A DNA stretch of 16,248 bases, from contig JANOAV010000023.1 of assembly GCA_031411295.1 (NCBI GenBank), positions 1-16,248 of the forward strand. The letters run 5' to 3'. The stretch is from Verrucomicrobiales bacterium (GTDB lineage: Bacteria > Verrucomicrobiota > Verrucomicrobiia > Verrucomicrobiales > V1-33). How positions within the stretch are numbered: the first letter of the stretch is position 1; each line of letters starts with the position of its first letter. Shown piece after piece: positions 1-8,839 of this stretch. The notes under the pieces were generated by a model. It was given only the letters and a program-made list of their open reading frames with translations, did no database searches and was not told where the DNA came from. A program made the position numbers and the translations under genes.

Positions 1-712
1 TCCAGCCATCGTAGAGATAGCCTTGGTATTCTACCACCGTCCAGATCAGTGTGACAGCATTTTGTTGCTCTACTTTCTTGGCAATCCGTCGGCTCAGCCC
101 ATCGTAGGTCATGGTGAGCCGTGTCCCCGGCACCGCAGGCGTGCTCCCGAAGGCGACCTGAGCTGGACAAGTCATGGTCTTGAGCCGATTCTCTCCGTCC
201 CACTCATAGGTCCACCGACCATCCGTGAGCACATTGCCATCGGCGTCATACGTGGGCGACTCCGAGGGCGGCGGCACGTATTGGAACCCGCTCTCCACCG
301 GCACACTGTTCTGGGTCACAATGACAGATTCGTATTTCCCGTTGCCGGAAAGATGGTTGATCATCTTGGCAAAATACAGCGCGTTGGTTCCGTAATACGC
401 TGGCGCGCTGCTGTTCACCAAGATCGAGGCACCCGCCGTCCGCGTGCCATTGACTTCAAAGGGTTGGGAGCCGGAGGAATTCGTGCGGGTTAGGCTGGTG
501 TATTGGTTGAGCGCATTGCTGGCGTAGGTGGTGCCAGTAGTCGTGGTGAGATCTGCCTGCGCGGAACTGGTCCGATTCCCAATGTTATCGTAAGCATAAC
601 TGCCTCGGATTACGCCATCCGTCACGTATCCCGCAATCCATTTCTTGCCAGCAGTCACCTGCGAACGTTTATCGTAAGTGTATTTCCAAGCCCCCGCGTC
701 TTCTCGCGCCAA
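1..712 (-). CDS. Rhs/YD-repeat (RHS repeat-associated core) protein, N-terminally truncated; continues past the left edge of the window
   Basis: Hand translation: the minus frame is open from a TGA at 724-722 down to position 2. It reads AREDAGAWKYTYDKRSQVTAG...SYAYDNIGNRTSS...TTYASNALNQYTS...PTYDADGNVLTDGRWTYEWDGENRLKTMT...MTYDGLSRRIAKKV...GYLYDGW, which are classic YD repeats approaching the Rhs core. The first plausible start is TTG at 712. It is missing from the ORF track because there is no stop inside the window. Confidence 0.88.
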   Translation of the reverse strand, partial: MAREDAGAWKYTYDKRSQVTAGKKWIAGYVTDGVIRGSYAYDNIGNRTSSAQADLTTTTGTTYASNALNQYTSLTRTNSSGSQPFEVNGTRTAGASILVNSSAPAYYGTNALYFAKMINHLSGNGKYESVIVTQNSVPVESGFQYVPPPSESPTYDADGNVLTDGRWTYEWDGENRLKTMTCPAQVAFGSTPAVPGTRLTMTYDGLSRRIAKKVEQQNAVTLIWTVVEYQGYLYDGW

Positions 713-831
713 AACTAGGTGTCAGATGAATTATTGGGAAGATCATTGACGTGACTTTCCATATTTACAACATTTTCCACTAATCGATTTTTCAGGTGCT
801 TGAATTAGGCCCTAATCCAACTGCATTTGGC

Positions 832-907
832 CTCTGCCCTCTGCTTCTTTTGCCCTCTGCGTTAAACTGCTTTTTATCGCAGAGAGGCAGAGGAGCAGAG
901 GGCAGAG
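832..907. repeat. Long imperfect inverted repeat (REP-like hairpin) built from GCAGAG units
   Basis: Left arm 832-861 CTCTGCCCTCTGCTTCTTTTGCCCTCTGCG pairs with right arm 878-907 CGCAGAGAGGCAGAGGAGCAGAGGGCAGAG. The outer 14 bp are perfect and the rest has G-U pairs and a small bulge, around a 16-nt AT-rich loop. GCAGAG occurs at 879, 887, 895 and 902. Confidence 0.8.
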
Positions 908-1282
908 AAAGGAAATTGAGGGTTAAAGAACGCCCAGTTCGGTCGAGGAAGATGCGGCATCAGACGACCTATTGTAAAAAACGAGCATTGACATAAAGAC
1001 AGAGAAAATAAATCTTGTGATCGCTCCCTCTCCGACAAACGCGCTTGCACCAATGAGCAGTATGCGCAGTTGGTGGGAAATGAACGGACTCGCGAGGAGT
1101 AAGGGAAATTGCTGTAATTACAGTGGGAGATTTCTGCGGCAAATCTTCGTTCAATGTTCCAAGAAAAATTCTTGGCTTCGCGGTCAGGCAATTCTATGCT
1201 CACCAGCATCAGAAATCTACCATGAACCTCCATTTAAGTCTGTGCCAACAGCAGAATTTGCCCCACGAACACCCTCGTCTCC

Positions 1283-4200
1283 ATGAGTAACTCTCCATCC
1301 GAACCGCCGACTGGATTTCCCGATGATGGAATGGCGGACACCATCGTGGAAGCGCCTAGTTCGTTGGTGGAGGTTCACGTCCACATGGATGGAGCCTCCG
1401 CAGCGCACCGCAGTCTTGCCCGCGGCACGCATGTTCTGGGTTCCTCGGCCGATTGCGATGTCCAGGTGGCAGCCACCGGAGTTTCCGGGCGGCACGCGCG
1501 GCTGACCATCAGCCCGTCCGGTTGTTTCATCGAAGACGCGGGCAGCAGCAATGGGACGTGGGTCGGCGGCAAGCGCATCAACGGCTCCACGCGGCTGTGG
1601 CCCGGGCAGCGGGTGGAAATCGGCACGGCCTCGGTGGAACTGCGCGGTGCCACGTCAGTCGATGCTACGGCATCCGCCGCCGTGCGAGCCATGTTGCCGG
1701 ATGAAAAGCGCCACGATGGCCGCTATGATGTCGGCAGCCTGGTCGCCCAGGGCGGTATGGGGGCGGTGCTGAATGCGCGCGATGGGATCATGGAGCGGAA
1801 GGTGGCCATGAAAGTCATGCTCACCCCGGACGATCCCGAAGCCCTCGCTCGCTTCGTGGCCGAGGCCCGCATCACCGGGCAGTTGGAGCACCCGAACATT
1901 GTCCCCATCCACGACATCGGCTTGGACGCCAACAGTCAGGTTTTCTACACCATGAAGTTCGTGCGCGGCATTACCCTGGAGGAGGTGCTGTCGCAGTTGG
2001 TTGCCAAAAACTCTGATACTGCCGGGAAGTTTCCTTTGCCGGTCCTGCTCACCGTTTTCCAAAAAGTCTGCGATGCCCTTGCCTTCGCCCACAGCAAAGG
2101 CGTGATCCATCGCGACCTCAAACCTGCGAACATCATGCTGGGCGATTACGGTGAAGTGCTCGTCATGGACTGGGGCCTCGCCAAACTCTTGGACGTCGCC
2201 AGCCTTTCCGCTCAGGAAACCAGCGGTCCCGTTTCTACCATCATACGTCATGGCCTGCCGGAGGGCGGGCACAGCTTTGGCAGCACCCTCACGGGCACCG
2301 TCATGGGCACGCCGCAATACATGTCGCCAGAGCAGGCGCGCGGCGAGATCGAAACCCTCGACGCCCGCTCCGACATTTACTCGCTGGGAGCCATACTTTT
2401 CGAACTGCTCCACCTGCGCCCGCCGGTCACCGGCTCCAGCGCCATGAATATCGTCAGCAAAGTGCGACGTGGCGCAGTCGAGTGGGACTCGGGTAAATCG
2501 CAAATCCCCGCCTCGCTCCTCGCGGTCTGCCGCAAGGCCCTCGCGCTCGATCCGGGCGACCGCTATCCGCAGGTGGAGGCTCTCCAGTCCGACCTCCTAG
2601 CCTTCCAAAACGGCTTCGCCACCAGTGCAGAACAGGCCGGCGCGTGGAAACAGTTCAAGCTCTTTGTGCGGCGCAATAAAGCCGCGTCCATTGGTGCGGC
2701 AGCGGTGCTGCTCACCGGAGCAGTCTTCGGGAGCATGGCCATCGTGCAAGGCAGTCGCGCCACCGCAGCCCTCGCCGACTTGAAGAAATCCGCCCCCGCC
2801 CTGCGCCAGCTTGCCGAGAGCGAAGCGGGCTTCCAGCGTTTCGACTCTGCGCTGGCAAAGCTTGATGCCGCCCTCGCGCTCGATCCCGCGCACCTGTCAG
2901 CCTATTGGCGTCGCGCCTGGCTTTTCGTTGGCATGGATCGTCTCCCCGAAGCCGCCGCCGCCATCCGCCTCGCCCAGCAGAAAGACCCCGCCCACGCCGA
3001 ACTGGCCGCCATCCTCCCGACGGTCGAAAAACTCGCTGGCTTACCGGCTGGCGAGCGCTGGGCCACGGAAGCGGGGCGGATCGTGTGGAATCACTTAAAA
3101 AAAGTAGGTGCTTCCGGCGAAACCGTCGCACTCTCCGCCAAGCTGAATCCCGAAATCAAAGAAAAGGAAAGGCTCGTCCGCCAGCGAGTGGAGGCATGGC
3201 TTGGGAAAGGAAGAGTAACTATCCTTGTAGATGAAGGAGCCTTGCTAAGTGTATACTTGCAATCTTTTCCCATAGACACCCTTGAGCCAATTCGTGGTCT
3301 GCCCATCAGCGACCTAAATATCGGTCGAACCAACGTGATCAGCCTTGAACCCCTCCGTGGAATGCCGCTTGTGGCTTTTTCGATGTGGGGAACAAAAGTT
3401 AAGGATCTTTCGCCACTGAGTGGAATGCCCATGAGTGCACTGGTTCTAAATGAAACTCCAAATCTCGATTTGGGGCCTTTGCACGGTTTGCCGCTGCAGA
3501 AGATTGAGTTCGCTGGTGTGAATTGTTCAAATTTTGAACCGCTGCGAGGCGCGCCGCTTAAATATGTTGAAATGGCGAGGAACGAAGCCCGAGACCTACA
3601 GTTTCTTTCGGACGCACCATTAGAAGAACTGCACGCTCAAATCAACCAAATCGTGGATCTCTCACCGTTGCACGGCAAGCCACTTCAGAGATTGCTTCTA
3701 TTCGAAAACAACGTGAGCGACATCTCACCGCTGCGCGGAACGCCGATTACGGAATTGTCCATTTACCAGAATCCACTCCAAGACCTCACCCCGCTCCTCG
3801 ATCTTCCCAAGCTGGAAAAACTCCGGGTCTCTAGGCTCGGCAAGCTGCTCGAACCCTTGCGCCACCATCCCACGTTGAAGCTCATCGCCTACGACGACGA
3901 ACCCTACCGCCCCGCCGCCGAATTCTGGGCCGAATACGATGCGCAGCAGGCGCCTGTTCTCGACGGTTCGCTCGAGGCCGTCCGCGCAGCGCTGTCCAGA
4001 GCCGGCATTACCGTCAGCGACAGTCAATTGACCACCAAGCCCGCAGTCGGCATGGTGCTGTATCTGAAGGAGTTGGCGGTGAATGACCTCTCGATTCTGC
4101 GCGACCTGCCGATCAGCCGATTGGATGTTTCCGGGAGCAAGGTGACGGACCTGTCCCCGTTGCGCGGGATGAAAGTCAAGATCCTGAATCTGCAGCAGAC

Positions 4201-4396
4201 CGGCATCACCGACTTCAGCCCACTGCTCGACATGCCCGCGCTGGAGTCCGTGATTCTTCCGGAGAACGCCGCCATCGAAATTCTGCGCCAACACCGCACC
4301 CTCAAATTTATCGGTCACCAGGCCGATTGGGATTCTGGCTCCCAGCGCCCGAAGCTGACAGCGGAGGAATTTTGGGCACGCGACAAGCCTCAGTAA
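1283..4396 (+). CDS. Hanks-type Ser/Thr protein kinase with N-terminal FHA domain, one TM helix, TPR pair and C-terminal leucine-rich repeats
   Basis: FHA: VSGRHARL...EDAGSSNGTWVGGKRI. Kinase motifs: AQGGMGAV, VAMK, ARFVAEAR, HRDLKPAN, DWGLAK, GTPQYMSPEQ, DIYSLG. Hydrophobic AASIGAAAVLLTGAVFGSMAIV follows basic FVRRNK. TPR-like ALAKLDAALALDPAHLSAYWRRAWL, then LRRs of the DLSPLRGMP type. An alternative ATG lies at 1331. Confidence 0.93.
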   Translation: MSNSPSEPPTGFPDDGMADTIVEAPSSLVEVHVHMDGASAAHRSLARGTHVLGSSADCDVQVAATGVSGRHARLTISPSGCFIEDAGSSNGTWVGGKRINGSTRLWPGQRVEIGTASVELRGATSVDATASAAVRAMLPDEKRHDGRYDVGSLVAQGGMGAVLNARDGIMERKVAMKVMLTPDDPEALARFVAEARITGQLEHPNIVPIHDIGLDANSQVFYTMKFVRGITLEEVLSQLVAKNSDTAGKFPLPVLLTVFQKVCDALAFAHSKGVIHRDLKPANIMLGDYGEVLVMDWGLAKLLDVASLSAQETSGPVSTIIRHGLPEGGHSFGSTLTGTVMGTPQYMSPEQARGEIETLDARSDIYSLGAILFELLHLRPPVTGSSAMNIVSKVRRGAVEWDSGKSQIPASLLAVCRKALALDPGDRYPQVEALQSDLLAFQNGFATSAEQAGAWKQFKLFVRRNKAASIGAAAVLLTGAVFGSMAIVQGSRATAALADLKKSAPALRQLAESEAGFQRFDSALAKLDAALALDPAHLSAYWRRAWLFVGMDRLPEAAAAIRLAQQKDPAHAELAAILPTVEKLAGLPAGERWATEAGRIVWNHLKKVGASGETVALSAKLNPEIKEKERLVRQRVEAWLGKGRVTILVDEGALLSVYLQSFPIDTLEPIRGLPISDLNIGRTNVISLEPLRGMPLVAFSMWGTKVKDLSPLSGMPMSALVLNETPNLDLGPLHGLPLQKIEFAGVNCSNFEPLRGAPLKYVEMARNEARDLQFLSDAPLEELHAQINQIVDLSPLHGKPLQRLLLFENNVSDISPLRGTPITELSIYQNPLQDLTPLLDLPKLEKLRVSRLGKLLEPLRHHPTLKLIAYDDEPYRPAAEFWAEYDAQQAPVLDGSLEAVRAALSRAGITVSDSQLTTKPAVGMVLYLKELAVNDLSILRDLPISRLDVSGSKVTDLSPLRGMKVKILNLQQTGITDFSPLLDMPALESVILPENAAIEILRQHRTLKFIGHQADWDSGSQRPKLTAEEFWARDKPQ
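3242..3940 (+). repeat. LRR array 1: about ten 21-aa (63-nt) repeats plus a C-cap (HPTLKLI...AEFW)
   Basis: Repeat starts at 3242, 3305, 3368, 3431, 3494, 3557, 3620, 3683, 3746 (exact 63-nt period), then 3812 and 3875. Consensus LxxLxLxxxxVxDLSPLxGxP. Confidence 0.88.
4052..4393 (+). repeat. LRR array 2: about four repeats plus a second C-cap (HRTLKFI...AEEFW)
   Basis: MVLYLKELAVNDLSILRDLP / ISRLDVSGSKVTDLSPLRGMK / VKILNLQQTGITDFSPLLDMPA / LESVILPENAAIEILRQHRTLKFI...AEEFW. Confidence 0.82.
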
Positions 4397-4686
4397 AAGG
4401 GAGTGAGGTGAAGCTGGCAGGCAGGTGAATCACAAAAAGACAGACAGTTTCGACTCGAACCTTATGGGATTGTCGAGCAGCAGGCAGCGTCCTCAATAAC
4501 GGATGTTTTGCTGTGTTCGTTAGTAATTCAAGGTGGCTGGCTGTTTACTTAAAGATTGTTCAATCAAAATCCAGCAATACTAGCCGATTCAAAAAATTCC
4601 TATCTGTAAGTGATTGATAACCAATAGGGGAACCCTGAAATATTTCCACTAGCCTTTCAATGGGAGTCAGCATTATCCTCGCTAGG

Positions 4687-5628
4687 CTAGCGCACCATCA
4701 TCCACACCGTGCAGGCTCCGTGTCCGGATGGGTAATCCAGTGGTGGGCCGGAGAAGACGTAGTCGGCCATGCGTCGTCTCTCTTTGGCGCAGCGGCGGGC
4801 GCGGTATTCCAGGGAGATGGGGTCCAGCTTGGCGCAGTTGGTTGAGAGGAGGATGGCGCATTTCGGCATGGCCACTTCCAAGGCCGCATTCAGCAGGTCC
4901 TCGAAATTTTGCTCGATCTGCCAGCGTCGTCCGTTGTTGCCGCGCGAGAACGTGGGGGGATCTAGGATGATGACATCGAAACGTTCACCTGCGCGCTCCA
5001 GCTTCGGCAGTAAATCAAAGGTATCGTCGGCCAGGAACCGATGACCTTTCTCTGGAATCTCGTTGAGCGCAAAATTTTGTCTGCCCCGATCCAACGATTT
5101 CTTGGAAAGGTCCACACTCACCGTTTCCGCTCCGCCTTGAGCCGCCACCACGCTGAAACTACAGGTATAAGCGAACGTATTCAGCAACCGCTTCGGGCGC
5201 AAGAGTCGGACCTTGGCGCGCGTCACCCGTTGATCCATGAACAATCCATGACTATAACCAGTGCCAAAGTCCAATCCGTAGCGGGTCCCGGCCTCGGTTA
5301 CCACCGTAGTTAGCGGCAAGGAAGCATCCCCACTCCGCAGCACGGGAGAGATGCGTTCATCATTTTTCAATGGCAAAAACCGCGTAAAGACTCGGACCGG
5401 GGTCCAACCAGCCTCCGCGCTCCATCTTTCCAGGCCGGCCGCAAATTGCTCCAACGCGGCCTCGTTCTTATGAGAAATGAGCGCATCATCGCCCAAACGC
5501 TCCACCCACCCCCCTGCGCCTGAGGCGAGCCGGTGCGCGGTCGTGCCCGCAGCCTCGAAGGCATCGCGCTGGGCTGGGGTGATCCAAGTGGTTGGTTTGA
5601 CGGGGGGACGGATGGCAAGAGATTTCAC
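4687..5628 (-). CDS. Class I SAM-dependent rRNA methyltransferase, RlmI/RlmK (YwbD-like) family
   Basis: Motifs GLFMDQR, LLNTFAYTCSFSV, VSVDLSKKSL, FDVIILDPPTFS, LLSTN. The ORF-track start at 5763 crowds the fabF upstream region and its N-terminus does not look like protein. In-frame GTG at 5628 was chosen; the start is uncertain. Confidence 0.85.
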   Translation of the reverse strand: MKSLAIRPPVKPTTWITPAQRDAFEAAGTTAHRLASGAGGWVERLGDDALISHKNEAALEQFAAGLERWSAEAGWTPVRVFTRFLPLKNDERISPVLRSGDASLPLTTVVTEAGTRYGLDFGTGYSHGLFMDQRVTRAKVRLLRPKRLLNTFAYTCSFSVVAAQGGAETVSVDLSKKSLDRGRQNFALNEIPEKGHRFLADDTFDLLPKLERAGERFDVIILDPPTFSRGNNGRRWQIEQNFEDLLNAALEVAMPKCAILLSTNCAKLDPISLEYRARRCAKERRRMADYVFSGPPLDYPSGHGACTVWMMVR

Positions 5629-5822
5629 AAGTGGACGTCTGCCGCACGATCCGTCCGCCGTCAAACCGCGAAATTCTAAGTCGGACCGGTAACATTCAGC
5701 GATTTGACAGCGCCCCGACGCGCGACTAAGGGGAGGCGCGTTTTTAGAGGTTGCGGGGCGCATTTCCTTGCGCTCAGTTCCGCTTCTCCCCTGTATTTTT
5801 CATCTTAGCTAATCTTGTTGCC

Positions 5823-7067
<1,245 letters not shown>

Positions 7068-7149
7068 GTGGGGGATTTGCCTGTTGCAGGTTACTCACAA
7101 CGGAAATTCGCGTCCAATTCTCCGCAACATTTACCCATTTCCACTCCCC

Positions 7150-8835
7150 ATGTCACAGTATTCCATCGGTCTTGATTATGGCACGAACTCCTGTCGTGCG
7201 TTGCTTGTTGAACTAGCCACCGGCGTGGAAATTGCGGCACAGGTGTTCCCTTACCCCAGCGGAGAATTGGGCATTTTGCTGGACCCGGCGGACCCGAATG
7301 TGGCGCGGCAGAATCCGCAGGATTACATCGATGGACTGGTCACGACGATCACTTCTGTGTTGGCCCAGGCCAAGGCGCAGCGGACGGATTTTGCGCCAGA
7401 GCAAGTGGTGGGCATCGGGATCGATACCACAGGCAGCACGCCGATTCCGGTGGATGCCGCAGGCACGCCGTTGGGTTTGTTGCCGCAGTGGAAGAATAAT
7501 TTAAATGCCCAAGTCTGGCTCTGGAAGGACCACACGGGCCATGCGGAGGCGGCGGAAATCACCGCGCTTGCCGAAACCGAACATCCAGAATATTTGGCCA
7601 AGTGTGGCGGCATTTACTCCTCCGAGTGGTGGTGGAGCAAGATTCTGCGCCTCAAGCGCGTGGCTCCCGAAGTGTTTGCCGCAACGCATAGTTTCGTGGA
7701 GCACTGCGATTGGATCCCGGCGTTGATCACCGGCACCACGCGTCCGGACTTGGTGAAACGCAGTATTTGTGCTGCGGGCCACAAAGCCATGTTCAACGCG
7801 GCTTGGGGTGGTTTACCAGCGGCCGATTTCTTGGCCAAATTGGATCCAGCGCTGGCGGACTTGCGCGGGCGGCTGTTCTCGGAAGCCCTCTCTGCTGATG
7901 TTCCCGTCGGGACCCTCACGGCTGAGTGGGCGGAGAAGCTGGGCCTGCACACGGGCGTAACCGTGGCTGTGGGAGCGTTCGATGCCCACATGGGAGCGGT
8001 GGGAGCCGGAGTTGGGGAAGGCACGTTAGTGAAAATCCTCGGCACCAGCACGTGCGATCTCATGGTAGCATCCAATCAACGCTCGCTGCCAGATATCCCG
8101 GGCCTCTGCGGCATTGTGGACGGCTCTGTGATGCCGGGTTATTTCGGCCTGGAAGCAGGTCAGAGCGCGGTGGGGGACATTTTCCTGTGGTTCGTGAATC
8201 ATCTGGTTCCAGACTCGTATGGCCGCACGGTGGACGCTAAATTTATCGCCATGGAACAGGCGCTCAGCGGCATGAAACCCGGAGCCACGGGCTTGCTGGC
8301 GTTGGATTGGAATAATGGAAATCGCACCGTGCTCGTGGATACGCGGCTCACTGGCCTGATGCTCGGTCAGACCTTGCACACCGAGGCTCACGAAATTTAC
8401 CGCGCCCTCATCGAAGCCACGGCCTTCGGGGCCCTAACCATCATCAATCGCTTGGAGAAATACGGCGTGAAAGTGGAGCAAGTGGTCAACACCGGAGGCT
8501 TGGCAGTGAAGAACGCCACCCTGATGCAGATCTATGCGGACGTGCTGAATCGCCCCATGAAGGTCTCCCGCAGCGAGCAAACGTGTGCCCTCGGGGCCGC
8601 GTTATTTGCCGCCGTGGCGGCGGGCATTTACCCCAACGTAGCAGCGGGACAGGAAAAACTGTGCGGGGTGCGGGAGGTGGTTTACACGCCGAATCCCACG
8701 AACGTTGCGATTTATGCCGAACTCTACGAACTTTACCTAACGTTGCACGATGCTTTCGGCACCAGGGGCGGGGTTGGCCAGTTGCACCACGTCATGAAAC
8801 GCTTGCTCGACCTGCGCCAGCAGCATCGGGCGTAG
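7150..8835 (+). CDS. araB: Ribulokinase (FGGY carbohydrate kinase family)
   Basis: Starts MSQYSIGLDYGTNSCRALLV at ATG 7150. AraB-type signatures: GIGIDTTGSTP, WLWKDHT, GGIYSSEW, CAAGHKAMF, FDAHMGAVG, GTSTCD, GLEAGQSAVGD, LALDWNNGNRT, ALIEATAFG. Confidence 0.9.
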   Translation: MSQYSIGLDYGTNSCRALLVELATGVEIAAQVFPYPSGELGILLDPADPNVARQNPQDYIDGLVTTITSVLAQAKAQRTDFAPEQVVGIGIDTTGSTPIPVDAAGTPLGLLPQWKNNLNAQVWLWKDHTGHAEAAEITALAETEHPEYLAKCGGIYSSEWWWSKILRLKRVAPEVFAATHSFVEHCDWIPALITGTTRPDLVKRSICAAGHKAMFNAAWGGLPAADFLAKLDPALADLRGRLFSEALSADVPVGTLTAEWAEKLGLHTGVTVAVGAFDAHMGAVGAGVGEGTLVKILGTSTCDLMVASNQRSLPDIPGLCGIVDGSVMPGYFGLEAGQSAVGDIFLWFVNHLVPDSYGRTVDAKFIAMEQALSGMKPGATGLLALDWNNGNRTVLVDTRLTGLMLGQTLHTEAHEIYRALIEATAFGALTIINRLEKYGVKVEQVVNTGGLAVKNATLMQIYADVLNRPMKVSRSEQTCALGAALFAAVAAGIYPNVAAGQEKLCGVREVVYTPNPTNVAIYAELYELYLTLHDAFGTRGGVGQLHHVMKRLLDLRQQHRA

Positions 8836-8839
8836 GTCG

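Noticed and set aside
23..718. Plus-strand ORFs 23-493 and 503-718
   Set aside because: Antisense shadows of the minus-strand Rhs frame, which carries clear YD motifs.
988..1016. Perfect TTGACA at 988 as kinase promoter
   Set aside because: No convincing -10 hexamer at 16-18 nt spacing.
1112..1123. Perfect 12-bp palindrome CTGTAATTACAG
   Set aside because: Single short copy with no supporting context.
796..1286. Short ORFs 796-996, 874-1233, 969-1154 and 1017-1286
   Set aside because: No recognisable motifs or RBS, mutually overlapping, and partly running through the hairpin. A decayed gene cannot be excluded.
3242..3875. 63-nt periodicity as a CRISPR array or DGR variable repeat
   Set aside because: The repeats are conserved at protein level, not as identical DNA. 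No cas, reverse transcriptase or template repeat is present in the window.
4445..4465. GGTTCGAGTC on the minus strand resembling a tRNA T-loop (possible att remnant)
   Set aside because: The flanks do not pair into a T-stem and there is no acceptor stem or CCA.
5629..5822. Extended ORF-track starts for the methyltransferase (5763) and fabF (5751), and TTGACA at 5704
   Set aside because: The extensions would overlap head-to-head and lack family similarity. The -10 at 17 nt spacing (TAAGGG) is poor.
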